Shown here: in pieces, positions 7,504-16,090 of the stretch | Layout: each line of letters starts with the position of its first letter | Position numbering within the stretch: position 1 is the first letter of the stretch | The notes under the pieces: model-generated | What the model was told of the DNA's origin: nothing | What the model saw: the letters and a program-made list of their open reading frames with translations, nothing else | The model's database searches: none | Made by a program: the position numbers and the translations under genes | Source of the DNA: an uncultured Deinococcales bacterium | Lineage (GTDB): Bacteria > Deinococcota > Deinococci > Deinococcales > JAAFIG01 | NCBI GenBank assembly: GCA_964247135.1 | Contig: CAXTTL010000101.1 | Location: forward strand, 1-16,551 | Length of the DNA stretch: 16,551 nucleotides | Direction: 5' to 3'

Positions 7504-9060
7504 ATGACGCAAAATCACAAAGCTCAAAATGCCGTGGCAATGAACAACATCACCAAGCAATTTCCCTTGGTGCTGGCAAACGACAATGTCAGTTTTGAGG
7601 TGAGTTGGGGCGAGGTTCACGCGCTGGTCGGCGAGAACGGTGCGGGCAAAAGCACCCTGATGAAAATCTTGTACGGAATGCAGCGCCCAGACAGCGGCGA
7701 AATTGTGATTGACGGCAACAAACTTCAACTTTCCAACCCGAACGATGCGATCAAACAGGGCATCGGCATGGTGCATCAACATTTTATGCTGGTCGAACCA
7801 CTGTCCGTGATGGAGAACATCATTTTGGGTTTGGAGCCAGGCTCGAGCCTGGCAATGGACACCGGCGCGGCGCGAGTCAAGGTGGCGGCGCTGATCAAAC
7901 AATTTAATTTTGAGCTTTCACCCGAGGACATTATTGAAGAATTACCCGTGGGCAAGCAGCAAAAAGTTGAAATCTTAAAAATGCTCTACCGAAACTCGAG
8001 CATTTTGATTTTGGATGAACCGACGGCGGTGTTAACGCCAATGGAAACCGAGGAGTTGTTTGAATTCCTGAAAAGTTATGCGGCGGCGGGCAATGCGGTG
8101 ATTTTTATCTCGCACAAATTGCGCGAGGTGATCGAGGTCAGCAACCGCATTTCGGTCATGCGCAACGGCAGAATGATCGGCATGGTGGACACCGTCGGCA
8201 TCACCCCGCCCGAGATTGCCCGCATGATGGTCGGGCGCGACGTGATCTTAAATGTCGAGAAAAAACCAGCCGAACCAGGTGCGCCCGCCCTCGAGTTAAA
8301 CGGTTTAACTGTTGGGAAACGCGGTGAACGCGCCAAAGTCCACGGAGTGAGTTTTACCGTCCGAACGGCTGAAATCGTCGGCATTGCCGGCGTCGAAGGC
8401 AACGGACAATCCGAACTCGTCGAAGCCATCACAGGTTTGATCCACTCGAGCGGCACGATCAAATACATGGGCGCAAGTTTGGCGCATCAAGACTCGAGAA
8501 GCGTGCGCGAGGCTGGGGTCAGTCATATTCCAGAAGACCGCAACGAGCGGGGGTTGGTGCTCGAGTATTCGACGAGCGAAAATTTGATTCTGGGCGATCA
8601 GCACACGAGATTAAACGCTGGAAGTTTTGGTTTGCTGGACTTTAACGGCATTGAGACCAGGGCGCGAGCATTGGTTGAAGAATTTGATGTTCGACCACGC
8701 AGCATCGAACTGCCAGCCTCGAATTATTCGGGCGGCAACGCCCAAAAAATTATTGTGGCGAGGGAACTCTCACGCGATCCAAAAATTTTGATTGCCTCTC
8801 AGCCAACTCGAGGGGTGGACATTGGCGCGATTGAATTTATTCACGAACAGATCGTGGCGGCTCGTGACAAGGGCTTGGGCGTCTTGCTGGTCAGCGCCGA
8901 CCTGGGCGAAGTGATGAGCTTGTCGGACCGTATTTTGGTAATGTACGAGGGTGAAATTGTCGGCGAAATGCCAGCCTCGGAAGCCACAGAAGAGCGTTTG
9001 GGACTTTTGATGGCTGGCGTACACGGCGAAACAAAAACGCAGGAGCTTGTCTCGAGTTGA
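7504..9060 (+). CDS. ABC transporter ATP-binding protein with two NBDs (CUT2 nucleoside/sugar type)
   Basis: Walker [21 protein letters not shown], and a second degenerate NBD ([30 protein letters not shown]). Adjacent to the BMP gene. Confidence 0.95.
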   Translation: MTQNHKAQNAVAMNNITKQFPLVLANDNVSFEVSWGEVHALVGENGAGKSTLMKILYGMQRPDSGEIVIDGNKLQLSNPNDAIKQGIGMVHQHFMLVEPLSVMENIILGLEPGSSLAMDTGAARVKVAALIKQFNFELSPEDIIEELPVGKQQKVEILKMLYRNSSILILDEPTAVLTPMETEELFEFLKSYAAAGNAVIFISHKLREVIEVSNRISVMRNGRMIGMVDTVGITPPEIARMMVGRDVILNVEKKPAEPGAPALELNGLTVGKRGERAKVHGVSFTVRTAEIVGIAGVEGNGQSELVEAITGLIHSSGTIKYMGASLAHQDSRSVREAGVSHIPEDRNERGLVLEYSTSENLILGDQHTRLNAGSFGLLDFNGIETRARALVEEFDVRPRSIELPASNYSGGNAQKIIVARELSRDPKILIASQPTRGVDIGAIEFIHEQIVAARDKGLGVLLVSADLGEVMSLSDRILVMYEGEIVGEMPASEATEERLGLLMAGVHGETKTQELVSS

Positions 9061-9063
9061 GTT

Positions 9064-9122
9064 GTAGGGTGCGCCTTGCGCACCGTGTTTCACGTGTTCT
9101 TGGTGCGCAGGGCGCACCCTAC
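9064..9122. repeat. REPIN: inverted pair of 21-bp GTAG-type REP units with 17-bp spacer
   Basis: GTAGGGTGCGCCTTGCGCACC (9064-9084) and GGTGCGCAGGGCGCACCCTAC (9102-9122). Same family as 5969-6094, differing only in the loop bases. Confidence 0.88.
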
Positions 9123-9173
9123 TCTCGAGAAATTCGTTTTGCCAATTGCCAGTCGCTCTTTTAGGAGATTCCC

Positions 9174-10316
9174 ATGATTGATTTTTCGCTCACCGAAGAA
9201 CAAAAACAACTTCAAAGCCTGGCTCGAGAATTCGCTCGAGAAGAGATCATTCCTGTGGCGGCAGAATTTGACCAAAGCGAGGAATACCCAGCAAAAGTGA
9301 TTGCCAAAGCCGCCGAAATCGGCTTGCTGAACGTTTCAGTGCCCGAACACGCGGGCGGTCTTGGTTTGGGAATGCTCGACGAGTGCATTTTGGGCGAAGA
9401 GCTGGCGTATGGCTGTATGGGCATGTACACGATCATGATGGCATCTGAGTTGGGCATCACACCGATTGTCATCGGAGGCACTAAGGCGCAACAAAAACAA
9501 TGGCTCGAGCCTTTACTTTCGGGGGCAAAACTGGCATCGTTTGCGCTTTCGGAACCAGGCAACGGTTCGGATGCAGCCGCACTCAAAACCAAAGCCGTGA
9601 TTGAAGGCGACGAAATTATTTTAAACGGCACGAAAATGTGGATCACTAACGGTGGCATTGCCGAATTCGCCGTGGTATTCGCCACCGTGGACCAAAGTTT
9701 ACGAACCAAAGGAAGCGTGGCAATCATCGTCCCTCGAGAAACCAAAGGTTTTAGCCACAACAAAATTCATCACAAGATGGGTCAACGCGCCAGTTACACC
9801 AGTGAGTTGGTGTTTGAAGACGCTCGAGTTCCAATTGCCAACATGCTCGGTGGCGTGGGTGACGGCTTCAAAATCGCCATGAAAACGCTGGACAAAACCC
9901 GAATTCCGGTTGCGGCGGGCAGCAACGGCATCACCAAACGGGCGCTCGAGGAAAGCATCAAGTACGCCAAGGCACGCGAAGCTTTTGGCAAACCGATTTC
10001 TGAATTTCAGTTGATTCAAGCCAAAATTGCCGAGATGTACATGGGACTCGAGACAGCAAGGTTAGCGACATTCAAAGCCGCTTGGTTGGTGGACAACGGC
10101 TTGCCGCATGTCTCCGAGGCGGCACTGGCGAAAGCCTATGCCAGCGAAGTCGCTTTCAATGCCGCCAACGAAGCCATTCAGGTTCACGGCGGTTTTGGTT
10201 ACGTCGGCGAGTATCCCGTCGAAAAACTCTTGCGTGACGCGAAACTGAACATGATTTTTGAAGGCACGAACGAAATTCAACGGCTTGTGATGGCGCGGGG
10301 CTTGCTCAAAGATTGA
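9174..10316 (+). CDS. Acyl-CoA dehydrogenase (short/medium-chain type)
   Basis: Motifs FALSEPGNGSDA, LNGTKMWITNG, AIQVHGGFGY and IFEGTNEIQRL. SD AGGAG upstream. Confidence 0.95.
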   Translation: MIDFSLTEEQKQLQSLAREFAREEIIPVAAEFDQSEEYPAKVIAKAAEIGLLNVSVPEHAGGLGLGMLDECILGEELAYGCMGMYTIMMASELGITPIVIGGTKAQQKQWLEPLLSGAKLASFALSEPGNGSDAAALKTKAVIEGDEIILNGTKMWITNGGIAEFAVVFATVDQSLRTKGSVAIIVPRETKGFSHNKIHHKMGQRASYTSELVFEDARVPIANMLGGVGDGFKIAMKTLDKTRIPVAAGSNGITKRALEESIKYAKAREAFGKPISEFQLIQAKIAEMYMGLETARLATFKAAWLVDNGLPHVSEAALAKAYASEVAFNAANEAIQVHGGFGYVGEYPVEKLLRDAKLNMIFEGTNEIQRLVMARGLLKD

Positions 10317-10352
10317 TAAGCAAACTAAAATCCACTCTCACAATTAAAACCC

Positions 10353-10358
10353 TAAGCT
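10353..10358 (+). promoter_or_regulatory. -10 box TAAGCT, 6 nt before the ATG of the S41 peptidase (leaderless promoter)
   Basis: TAAGCT-cgagcc-ATG. Overlaps a CTCGAG at 10357-10362. Confidence 0.55.
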
Positions 10359-10364
10359 CGAGCC

Positions 10365-11663
10365 ATGAAGACCAAGGCTTTTGTCGTTTTAGGATCACTG
10401 TTCGCCCTCGCCAGCACCCAAAGTTATTCTCAATTTCAACCGATCATCAACAGTCCCGCAACCGCGCTTTACAAGGAAGCCGCGTTTTACCTCGAGCAGT
10501 ATTACTTTGGTTACTCGAGCGCCGACTTGTCCAATTTGACCGAGCAATACCGTCAGGAACTCGAGAATGCCTGTGCACCGCAAGGTGCAAATTGCGGTTT
10601 TGAAGTGGCGCGACCTTTCATTGAACGCCTGACCTCGGGTTTGCACGATGGTCACTCTTACTACTTCAATCCAGCGGGGTATAAAAGTGCCCTCTCGAGT
10701 TTTGCGGGCGTCAACACCAACCCCAATCCCAGTTTTGGTTTCACGCCAGGCACGGCAAACGCCCAAGGTGAAGTCTTGGTGCTCGATGTGAGCGCAAACT
10801 CGCCGGCGCTCGAGGCTGGTTTGCAACCGTTTGACCGCATTACCGGAATCAATGGCGTGAAATTCCAGACGCAAACGGCACTGAATACCCTGTACTCGAG
10901 CCTGAACACCGACAGCCCAGTGCGCTTTTCAATCGCTCGAGGGGACATTGCCAAACCCGTCAAACTCGAGCTGACGGTGCAGCGCCGTTACAAGCCAAAC
11001 CTCAACTTGCCATTTTCTTACGTGGCGGCGGGGCATCCTGGCGTCATCGTCATGCGATTTCCAAACTTTATAGGCTTTAACGACATTGGACCAAAAACCC
11101 ACGCGATGGTCAAGGACGCGATAGCCAAAAAAGCCAAAGCGATTGTGATCGACGTGCGCGGCAACATTGGCGGCGAGGAAACCGAATGCTCGAGCGCCGC
11201 CGCCGCGTTCGTGGCTGGTGGCGTGGAATTCATGGGACAAACCAAATACCTCAAACTGCCTTGGGGTTTTAAAGACGGCAAAACCACTGGCAATGACGCT
11301 CGAGATTTGCGCAGTTACTCGATTGCCGACCCACAACTTTGGAAAGGCAAAATGGCGGTGTTGGTCAACCGCAGCACCGCATCGTGCGGGGAAATTTTTG
11401 CGTATGCCGTTCAACGCGCCAAACGCGGCAAGGTCGTTGGCGAAACAACCCTCGGCGTTTTGAACACTGCCACCGATTACTTCAGCCTGATCGACCAAAG
11501 CGCGGTTGCCATCACCTACTCGAGAACCTTCAACCTTGACGGCACAGCGTTGCCAGAACGCATCACGCCAGATGTGATGCTCGAGTTTAACCCGAACAAG
11601 ATTGCGCAAACAGGGAAAGATGACATGCTCGAGAAAGCCCTGGTGGGGATGGGCGTGCGTTAG
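10365..11663 (+). CDS. Secreted S41-family peptidase with PDZ domain
   Basis: Signal peptide, PDZ segment (VSANSPALEAGLQPFDRITGING), IDVRGNIGG, catalytic-Ser motif TASCGE, GETTLG and ITPDV. Confidence 0.9.
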   Translation: MKTKAFVVLGSLFALASTQSYSQFQPIINSPATALYKEAAFYLEQYYFGYSSADLSNLTEQYRQELENACAPQGANCGFEVARPFIERLTSGLHDGHSYYFNPAGYKSALSSFAGVNTNPNPSFGFTPGTANAQGEVLVLDVSANSPALEAGLQPFDRITGINGVKFQTQTALNTLYSSLNTDSPVRFSIARGDIAKPVKLELTVQRRYKPNLNLPFSYVAAGHPGVIVMRFPNFIGFNDIGPKTHAMVKDAIAKKAKAIVIDVRGNIGGEETECSSAAAAFVAGGVEFMGQTKYLKLPWGFKDGKTTGNDARDLRSYSIADPQLWKGKMAVLVNRSTASCGEIFAYAVQRAKRGKVVGETTLGVLNTATDYFSLIDQSAVAITYSRTFNLDGTALPERITPDVMLEFNPNKIAQTGKDDMLEKALVGMGVR

Positions 11664-11729
11664 AAACTCGAGCTTTAAGAATTGATGCGATACTCGAGAG
11701 ATTTACTAACGTGCCACGTTCATCCCCGA

Positions 11730-11755
11730 CCCTTCTCCCGCAAGCGGGAGAAGGG
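11730..11755. terminator. GC-rich hairpin between convergent genes (possible terminator or small palindromic repeat element)
   Basis: CCCTTCTCCCGC-AA-GCGGGAGAAGGG, a perfect 12-bp inverted repeat between the S41 peptidase (+) and aminopeptidase (-) stops. Confidence 0.6.
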
Positions 11756-11799
11756 AGTTTCATTGTGATACACGATTGGCTCGAGATTTTGCCAATTGC

Positions 11800-12915
11800 T
11801 TATTTCAAGTTTTCAGGATTCAAGCCATGCAAATCCTTTGGCACAAACAAACCATCTTTGCGAATCAATTCGTCGTCAAAGTAAATCTCGCCGCCGCCGT
11901 ATTCTGGGGTTTGAATAAAAACCATGTCCCAGTGAACGCTCGAGCGGTTGGTGTTGTCGGCGACGCCCTCGTAGGCTTGCCCTGGGGTGAAGTGAAAACT
12001 GCCCGCGATTTTTTCGTCGAACAAAATGTCGAGCATGGGCTTGGTGACGTAGGGGTTGAAGCCGATGGCGAACTCGCCGATGTACCTTGCGCCGTCGTCG
12101 GCATCCAAAATTTCGTTGAGGCGTTTGGTATCGCTGCCCGTGGCGTCAACGATCTTGCCGTCTTTAAACTCGAGTGTGATGTCGCTAAACTTTACGCCTT
12201 GATAGATTGTTGGCGTGTTGTATTTGATAACGCCGTTGACGCTGTCACGAACTGGGGCGGAGAAAATCTCGCCGTCGGGAATGTTGCGCTCGCCTGCGCA
12301 AATGATCGCGCCAAGACCTTTCAGGGAAAACTCGAGGTTTGTGCCAACGCCAGTCAAACGCACGCGTTCGGCTTTGTCCATTCGGGCTTTTAAGGGTTGC
12401 TGCGCGGCTTCCATTTTGGCGTAATCGAGGGTGCAAACATTGAAGTAAAAATCCTCGAAGGCTTCGGTGCTCATGCCCGCACTTTGGGCGAAGGCGGGGC
12501 TGGGGTAACGCAAAACCACCCATTTGGTTTTGTTGATGCGGTGACGGTGAACCTTTCCCCACACCTCTTTTTGGTAGAGCGCCATGTTGTCGCTTGGCAC
12601 ATCTGAACTCTCGAGCGCATTTAAACTGCCGCGAATGCCGATGTACGCATCCATTTGTTCCATGCGATTTAATTCCCAACTCGCCCAGCGTTCAACCATG
12701 TCTTGACTGGCGTTTTGCAAGAGTTTGCGCAAAATACGGTTGTTTTTGGTTTCAACAAACGGAATTGCACCAGCCGCAACGGTGCGATCAATCAGTGCCG
12801 AGACGATGTCTTCTGGAACATCAAACGCCTCGATCAGAACGCGTTCTCCAGCTTTTAACTTCGTTGAATGCGACACCAGAACATCAGCCAATTTGAGAAT
12901 ACGCGAGTCTGCCAT
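11800..12915 (-). CDS. Aminopeptidase, M29 family (AmpS/aminopeptidase T type)
   Basis: Motifs NIPDGEIFSAP, IGEFAIGFNP, LFDEKIAGSFHFTPGQAY and NRSSVHWDMV. SD GGAGG before the ATG at 12915 (MADSRILK), so the 12996 start in the ORF track is too far upstream. Confidence 0.93.
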   Translation of the reverse strand: MADSRILKLADVLVSHSTKLKAGERVLIEAFDVPEDIVSALIDRTVAAGAIPFVETKNNRILRKLLQNASQDMVERWASWELNRMEQMDAYIGIRGSLNALESSDVPSDNMALYQKEVWGKVHRHRINKTKWVVLRYPSPAFAQSAGMSTEAFEDFYFNVCTLDYAKMEAAQQPLKARMDKAERVRLTGVGTNLEFSLKGLGAIICAGERNIPDGEIFSAPVRDSVNGVIKYNTPTIYQGVKFSDITLEFKDGKIVDATGSDTKRLNEILDADDGARYIGEFAIGFNPYVTKPMLDILFDEKIAGSFHFTPGQAYEGVADNTNRSSVHWDMVFIQTPEYGGGEIYFDDELIRKDGLFVPKDLHGLNPENLK

Positions 12916-13072
12916 AAAACCTCCAAGAAACTCGAGATTTGAGGCTCGAGCGCATTTTTTCGTGTCGCCATTCTCACTGGTTTTGACGGCTTGCAACAGG
13001 AATGTGGGTTGCGATTCAAAAGCTCGTCTAGCTGTCTAGCCAGCGCACTCGAGCTATACAAAGCCTCGAGCG

Positions 13073-13078
13073 TAACGT
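13073..13078 (+). promoter_or_regulatory. -10 box TAACGT, 6 nt before the trpB ATG (leaderless promoter)
   Basis: TAACGT-gacagc-ATG with no Shine-Dalgarno. Confidence 0.55.
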
Positions 13079-13084
13079 GACAGC

Positions 13085-14323
13085 ATGAACCTTCCAACTT
13101 ATCCATTGCCGAATGAACGCGGGCGTTTTGGTCGTTTTGGTGGACGCTACGTTCCAGAAACCTTGATTCCCGCGCTCGAGGAACTGCGTGAATCCTATGC
13201 CGCCGCCAAAGTTGATCCTGACTTCTTGAACGAATTTCACAGCATTTTGCGGGAATATGTTGGGCGTCCCTCGAGGTTGTATTTTGCCAAGAACCTGACC
13301 GAACGCTTGGGCGGTGCAAAAATTTACTTCAAGCGCGAGGATTTGAACCACACGGGCGCTCACAAGATCAACAACACGATAGGTCAAGTGCTGCTGGCAA
13401 AACGCATGGGCAAAAAACGGATCATCGCCGAGACGGGCGCGGGTCAACACGGCGTCGCCACCGCCACCGCCTGCGCGTTGTTCGGACTCGAGTGCATCGT
13501 CTATCAGGGCGAGGAAGACGTGCGCCGCCAGAGTTTGAATGTGTTTCGCATGAAGCTTTTGGGCGCGGAAGTTCGCCCCGTCTCGAGCGGCACCAAAACC
13601 TTGAAAGACGCCACCAATGAAGCCATTCGGGATTGGGTCACCAATGTTCGGGACACATTTTACGTGCTCGGCAGCGTGGTCGGACCGCATCCGTACCCCG
13701 CAATGGTGCGAGATTTTCAAAGCGTGATCGGTGAGGAGACCAAAGCCCAGTTGCTCGAGGTCGAAGGGCGAGAAATTCCAGATGCGCTGGTGGCTTGCGT
13801 GGGTGGCGGCAGCAACGCGATTGGTTTGTTTGCGCCGTTCGCCTACCTTGATCCTGCGATTCGTCCGCGTTTGATTGGCGTCGAGGCGGCTGGTCACGGC
13901 GTCGAATCGGGTTTGCACGCCGCCAGCGTTGCGGGTGGCAAAGTTGGCGTACTTCACGGCAGCATGATGTATTTGCTTTACGACGATAACGGTCAAATAC
14001 AACCCGCGCACAGCATCAGCGCCGGACTTGACTACCCAGGCATCGGACCCGAGCACAGCTTTTACGCCGAAACCCGAGTTGCCGAGTACGTGCCAGCCAC
14101 CGACACCGAGGCGCTCGAGGGTTTCAAATTACTTTCTGAATGCGAGGGCATTATTCCCGCGCTCGAGACGGCGCACGCGGTGGCTTACCTGCGCAAACTC
14201 GCGCCAGAAATGGGCAAAGACAAAATTATTGTCGTCAATCTTTCTGGTCGCGGCGACAAGGACGTGAACGAAGCCATGCGAATCTTGGGTGATCTCGCAG
14301 GTAAAGGTGACGCCAATGATTAA
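13085..14323 (+). CDS. trpB: Tryptophan synthase beta subunit
   Basis: [30 protein letters not shown] (PLP lysine), [21 protein letters not shown] and NLSGRGDKD. Confidence 0.99.
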   Translation: MNLPTYPLPNERGRFGRFGGRYVPETLIPALEELRESYAAAKVDPDFLNEFHSILREYVGRPSRLYFAKNLTERLGGAKIYFKREDLNHTGAHKINNTIGQVLLAKRMGKKRIIAETGAGQHGVATATACALFGLECIVYQGEEDVRRQSLNVFRMKLLGAEVRPVSSGTKTLKDATNEAIRDWVTNVRDTFYVLGSVVGPHPYPAMVRDFQSVIGEETKAQLLEVEGREIPDALVACVGGGSNAIGLFAPFAYLDPAIRPRLIGVEAAGHGVESGLHAASVAGGKVGVLHGSMMYLLYDDNGQIQPAHSISAGLDYPGIGPEHSFYAETRVAEYVPATDTEALEGFKLLSECEGIIPALETAHAVAYLRKLAPEMGKDKIIVVNLSGRGDKDVNEAMRILGDLAGKGDAND

Positions 14324-14444
14324 TGCATTTCTCCGTAGGGGCGCTGCTTGCGACCCAAGCCCGTTAGGTGCTGTTTTAGGGTCAAGAAGCTGCGCCCTGC
14401 ATTGCCTCGCCATACCGTGCCACACCTCGAGGTTTTGCTCATGA
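14316..14444 (+). CDS. Putative 42-aa small ORF bridging trpB and trpA
   Basis: ATG at 14316 overlaps the end of trpB (ATGATTAA) and is preceded by SD-like AAGGTGA. It reads [42 protein letters not shown] and stops at TGA 14442-14444, overlapping the trpA ATG (ATGA). No recognisable homology. Confidence 0.3.
   Translation: MINAFLRRGAACDPSPLGAVLGSRSCALHCLAIPCHTSRFCS
14335..14400. repeat. Degenerate GTAG-type REP pair in the trpB-trpA spacer
   Basis: GTAGGGGCGCTGCTTGCGACCC (14335-14356) faces GGGTCAAGAAGCTGCGCCCTGC (14379-14400; reverse complement GCAGGGCGCAGCTTCTTGACCC). The pair is imperfect and is a different variant from the two REPINs upstream. Confidence 0.55.
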
Positions 14445-15217
14445 CCACCCGTATTCAAGATGCTTTTGACCACGCCAAATCCGAGAATCGCGCCGCCTTC
14501 ATCGGGTATTTGCCCGCAGGCTATCCCACCCAAGAATCGTTTCTCGAACACGCCAAAGTGTTGCTCGAGAGTGCCGATTTGCTCGAGATTGGATTGCCGT
14601 ATTCCGACCCGCTCGGCGATGGTCCAACAATTCAAAAGGCGTCCGAGGTTTCATTGTTGGGCGGTATGACGGTTGAGGGGACGTTTAAGCAGGCTCGAGC
14701 GCTTCGGGCGATCACAAACAAGCCACTCTTAATCATGACCTATTACAACCCCATTCTGGCAACAGGTGAGGAATCGTTTATCGCCAGTGCCGTCGAGGCT
14801 GGGATTGATGGTCTAATCTTGCCCGATCTTCCGCCAGACGAAGCCGACACGCTGATTCCTCTGGCGACAGCGGCAGGACTGAAACTGACGTTCTTACTCG
14901 CACCAACCAGCACACCAGACCGCATCAAACTGGTCACGGACCATTGCACAGGCTTCATTTACGCCGTTTCCGTCACAGGCGTGACTGGCGCTCGAGCGCT
15001 CGTACCAACTGAAGTCCCCGATCTCGTCTCGAGAATCAAAGCCATTTCGGATAAACCTGTTGCCGTCGGTTTTGGTGTTGCAGACGCTCAGACCGCCAAT
15101 GGCATTGCCCAAGTTGCCGATGGCGTGGTGGTTGGCAGCATTCTGGTCACGATTGCTGGCAATGGCGAATCGTTGCAAGCCAAAGCCCAAGAGATTCTGG
15201 CGGGTTGTAAGCGTTAA
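14441..15217 (+). CDS. trpA: Tryptophan synthase alpha subunit
   Basis: LEIGLPYSDPLGDGPTIQ, MTYYNP, YAVSVTGVTG, VGFGV and ADGVVVGS. The likely start is ATG 14441 (MTTRIQDAF) with GAGG upstream. The TTG 14348 extension runs through the REP. Confidence 0.98.
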   Translation: MTTRIQDAFDHAKSENRAAFIGYLPAGYPTQESFLEHAKVLLESADLLEIGLPYSDPLGDGPTIQKASEVSLLGGMTVEGTFKQARALRAITNKPLLIMTYYNPILATGEESFIASAVEAGIDGLILPDLPPDEADTLIPLATAAGLKLTFLLAPTSTPDRIKLVTDHCTGFIYAVSVTGVTGARALVPTEVPDLVSRIKAISDKPVAVGFGVADAQTANGIAQVADGVVVGSILVTIAGNGESLQAKAQEILAGCKR

Positions 15218-15220
15218 ACT
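15215..15220 (+). promoter_or_regulatory. -10 box TAAACT overlapping the trpA stop, 6 nt before ATG 15227
   Basis: TAAACT-cgagtg-ATG. Overlaps CTCGAG 15219-15224. Confidence 0.55.
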
Positions 15221-15226
15221 CGAGTG

Positions 15227-16081
15227 ATGACTTGGTTGAAACATTTAAAAATTGGCGCGGTTGATGTTTATTCATTGACCGACGGAAAATTTCGGCTGGA
15301 TGGCGGCAGCATGTTCGGCACAGTTCCCAAGGTCTTGTGGGAAAAAGTTGCACCACCAGACTCGAGCAACCGCATTCACTTGCGTATCAACCCGCTTTTG
15401 ATTCAAATGCAAGGCAAAAACATTCTGGTCGAAACTGGTATGGACGATAAATCGGGTGACAAGTTTGACGCCATGTTTGCTGTTGAGCGCGACGAAACAA
15501 TTTTTGACGGTTTGAAACAATTGTCGCTCGAGCCTAAAGACATTGATTTGGTTATCAACACGCATTTGCATTTCGATCACGCTGGACGAAACACCACCCC
15601 AAATCTCGAGCCAACTTTTTCAAACGCTCGGTACATCGTACAAAGCCAAGAACTTTATGACGCGACCCACGCACACGAACGATCTCGAGCTTCGTACAAC
15701 GCCCACAATTTCATTCCAATTCTCGAGCGAGGTTTGTTTGATTTGGTCGAAGGTAAAACCGAAATAATGCCAGGTTTAAAAGTCTTACCGATACCAGGGC
15801 ATAACCTTGGTTCGCAGGCGGTGGTGCTCGAGTCCGAAGGGCAGGGTTTGGTTTATGTGGCGGATTTGATTCCGACCTTCAACCACGCCCAATACCCGTT
15901 TATCATGGGTTTTGACTTGTACCCAGTCACCACGCTCGAGACGCTTAAAAGAGTGTTCCCCCAATGGGCGCAACGCGGGATTGTAAGCGCGCCCCCTCAT
16001 GATCCAAATCATGCTTTTGGCAAATTGAAGGCTCGAGAACGTGGTGGGTTTGATCTCGAACCGCAAACCCAAACATTGTAA
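15227..16081 (+). CDS. Metallo-beta-lactamase-fold hydrolase (YtnP/lactonase-like)
   Basis: HxHxDH motif THLHFDH, plus FRLDGGSMFG..PK..W, PGHNLG, ADLIP and HDP. Confidence 0.92.
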   Translation: MTWLKHLKIGAVDVYSLTDGKFRLDGGSMFGTVPKVLWEKVAPPDSSNRIHLRINPLLIQMQGKNILVETGMDDKSGDKFDAMFAVERDETIFDGLKQLSLEPKDIDLVINTHLHFDHAGRNTTPNLEPTFSNARYIVQSQELYDATHAHERSRASYNAHNFIPILERGLFDLVEGKTEIMPGLKVLPIPGHNLGSQAVVLESEGQGLVYVADLIPTFNHAQYPFIMGFDLYPVTTLETLKRVFPQWAQRGIVSAPPHDPNHAFGKLKARERGGFDLEPQTQTL

Positions 16082-16084
16082 ACT
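16079..16084 (+). promoter_or_regulatory. -10 box TAAACT overlapping the MBL stop, 6 nt before ATG 16091
   Basis: TAAACT-gagttt-ATG with no Shine-Dalgarno. Confidence 0.55.
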
Positions 16085-16090
16085 GAGTTT

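Noticed and set aside
5969-9122. Interpreting the GTAGGGTGCGC repeats as a CRISPR array or as ends of a composite transposon carrying bmp-ATPase
   Set aside because: The units are inverted pairs, not regularly spaced direct repeats. No cas or transposase gene and no target-site duplication is seen.
12916-13084. trp attenuator, leader peptide or T-box upstream of trpB
   Set aside because: No Trp-codon leader ORF, T-box motif or terminator found. The -10 box directly before the ATG suggests a leaderless transcript.
13028-14056. 342-aa minus-strand ORF; similarly 6234..6980, 10929..11609 and 11776..12393
   Set aside because: Antisense to well-supported genes (trpB, bmp, S41 peptidase, aminopeptidase). 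Typical shadow frames.
14348-14440. 31-aa N-terminal extension of TrpA from TTG 14348
   Set aside because: Begins inside the REP hairpin without an SD. TrpA homology starts at ATG 14441.
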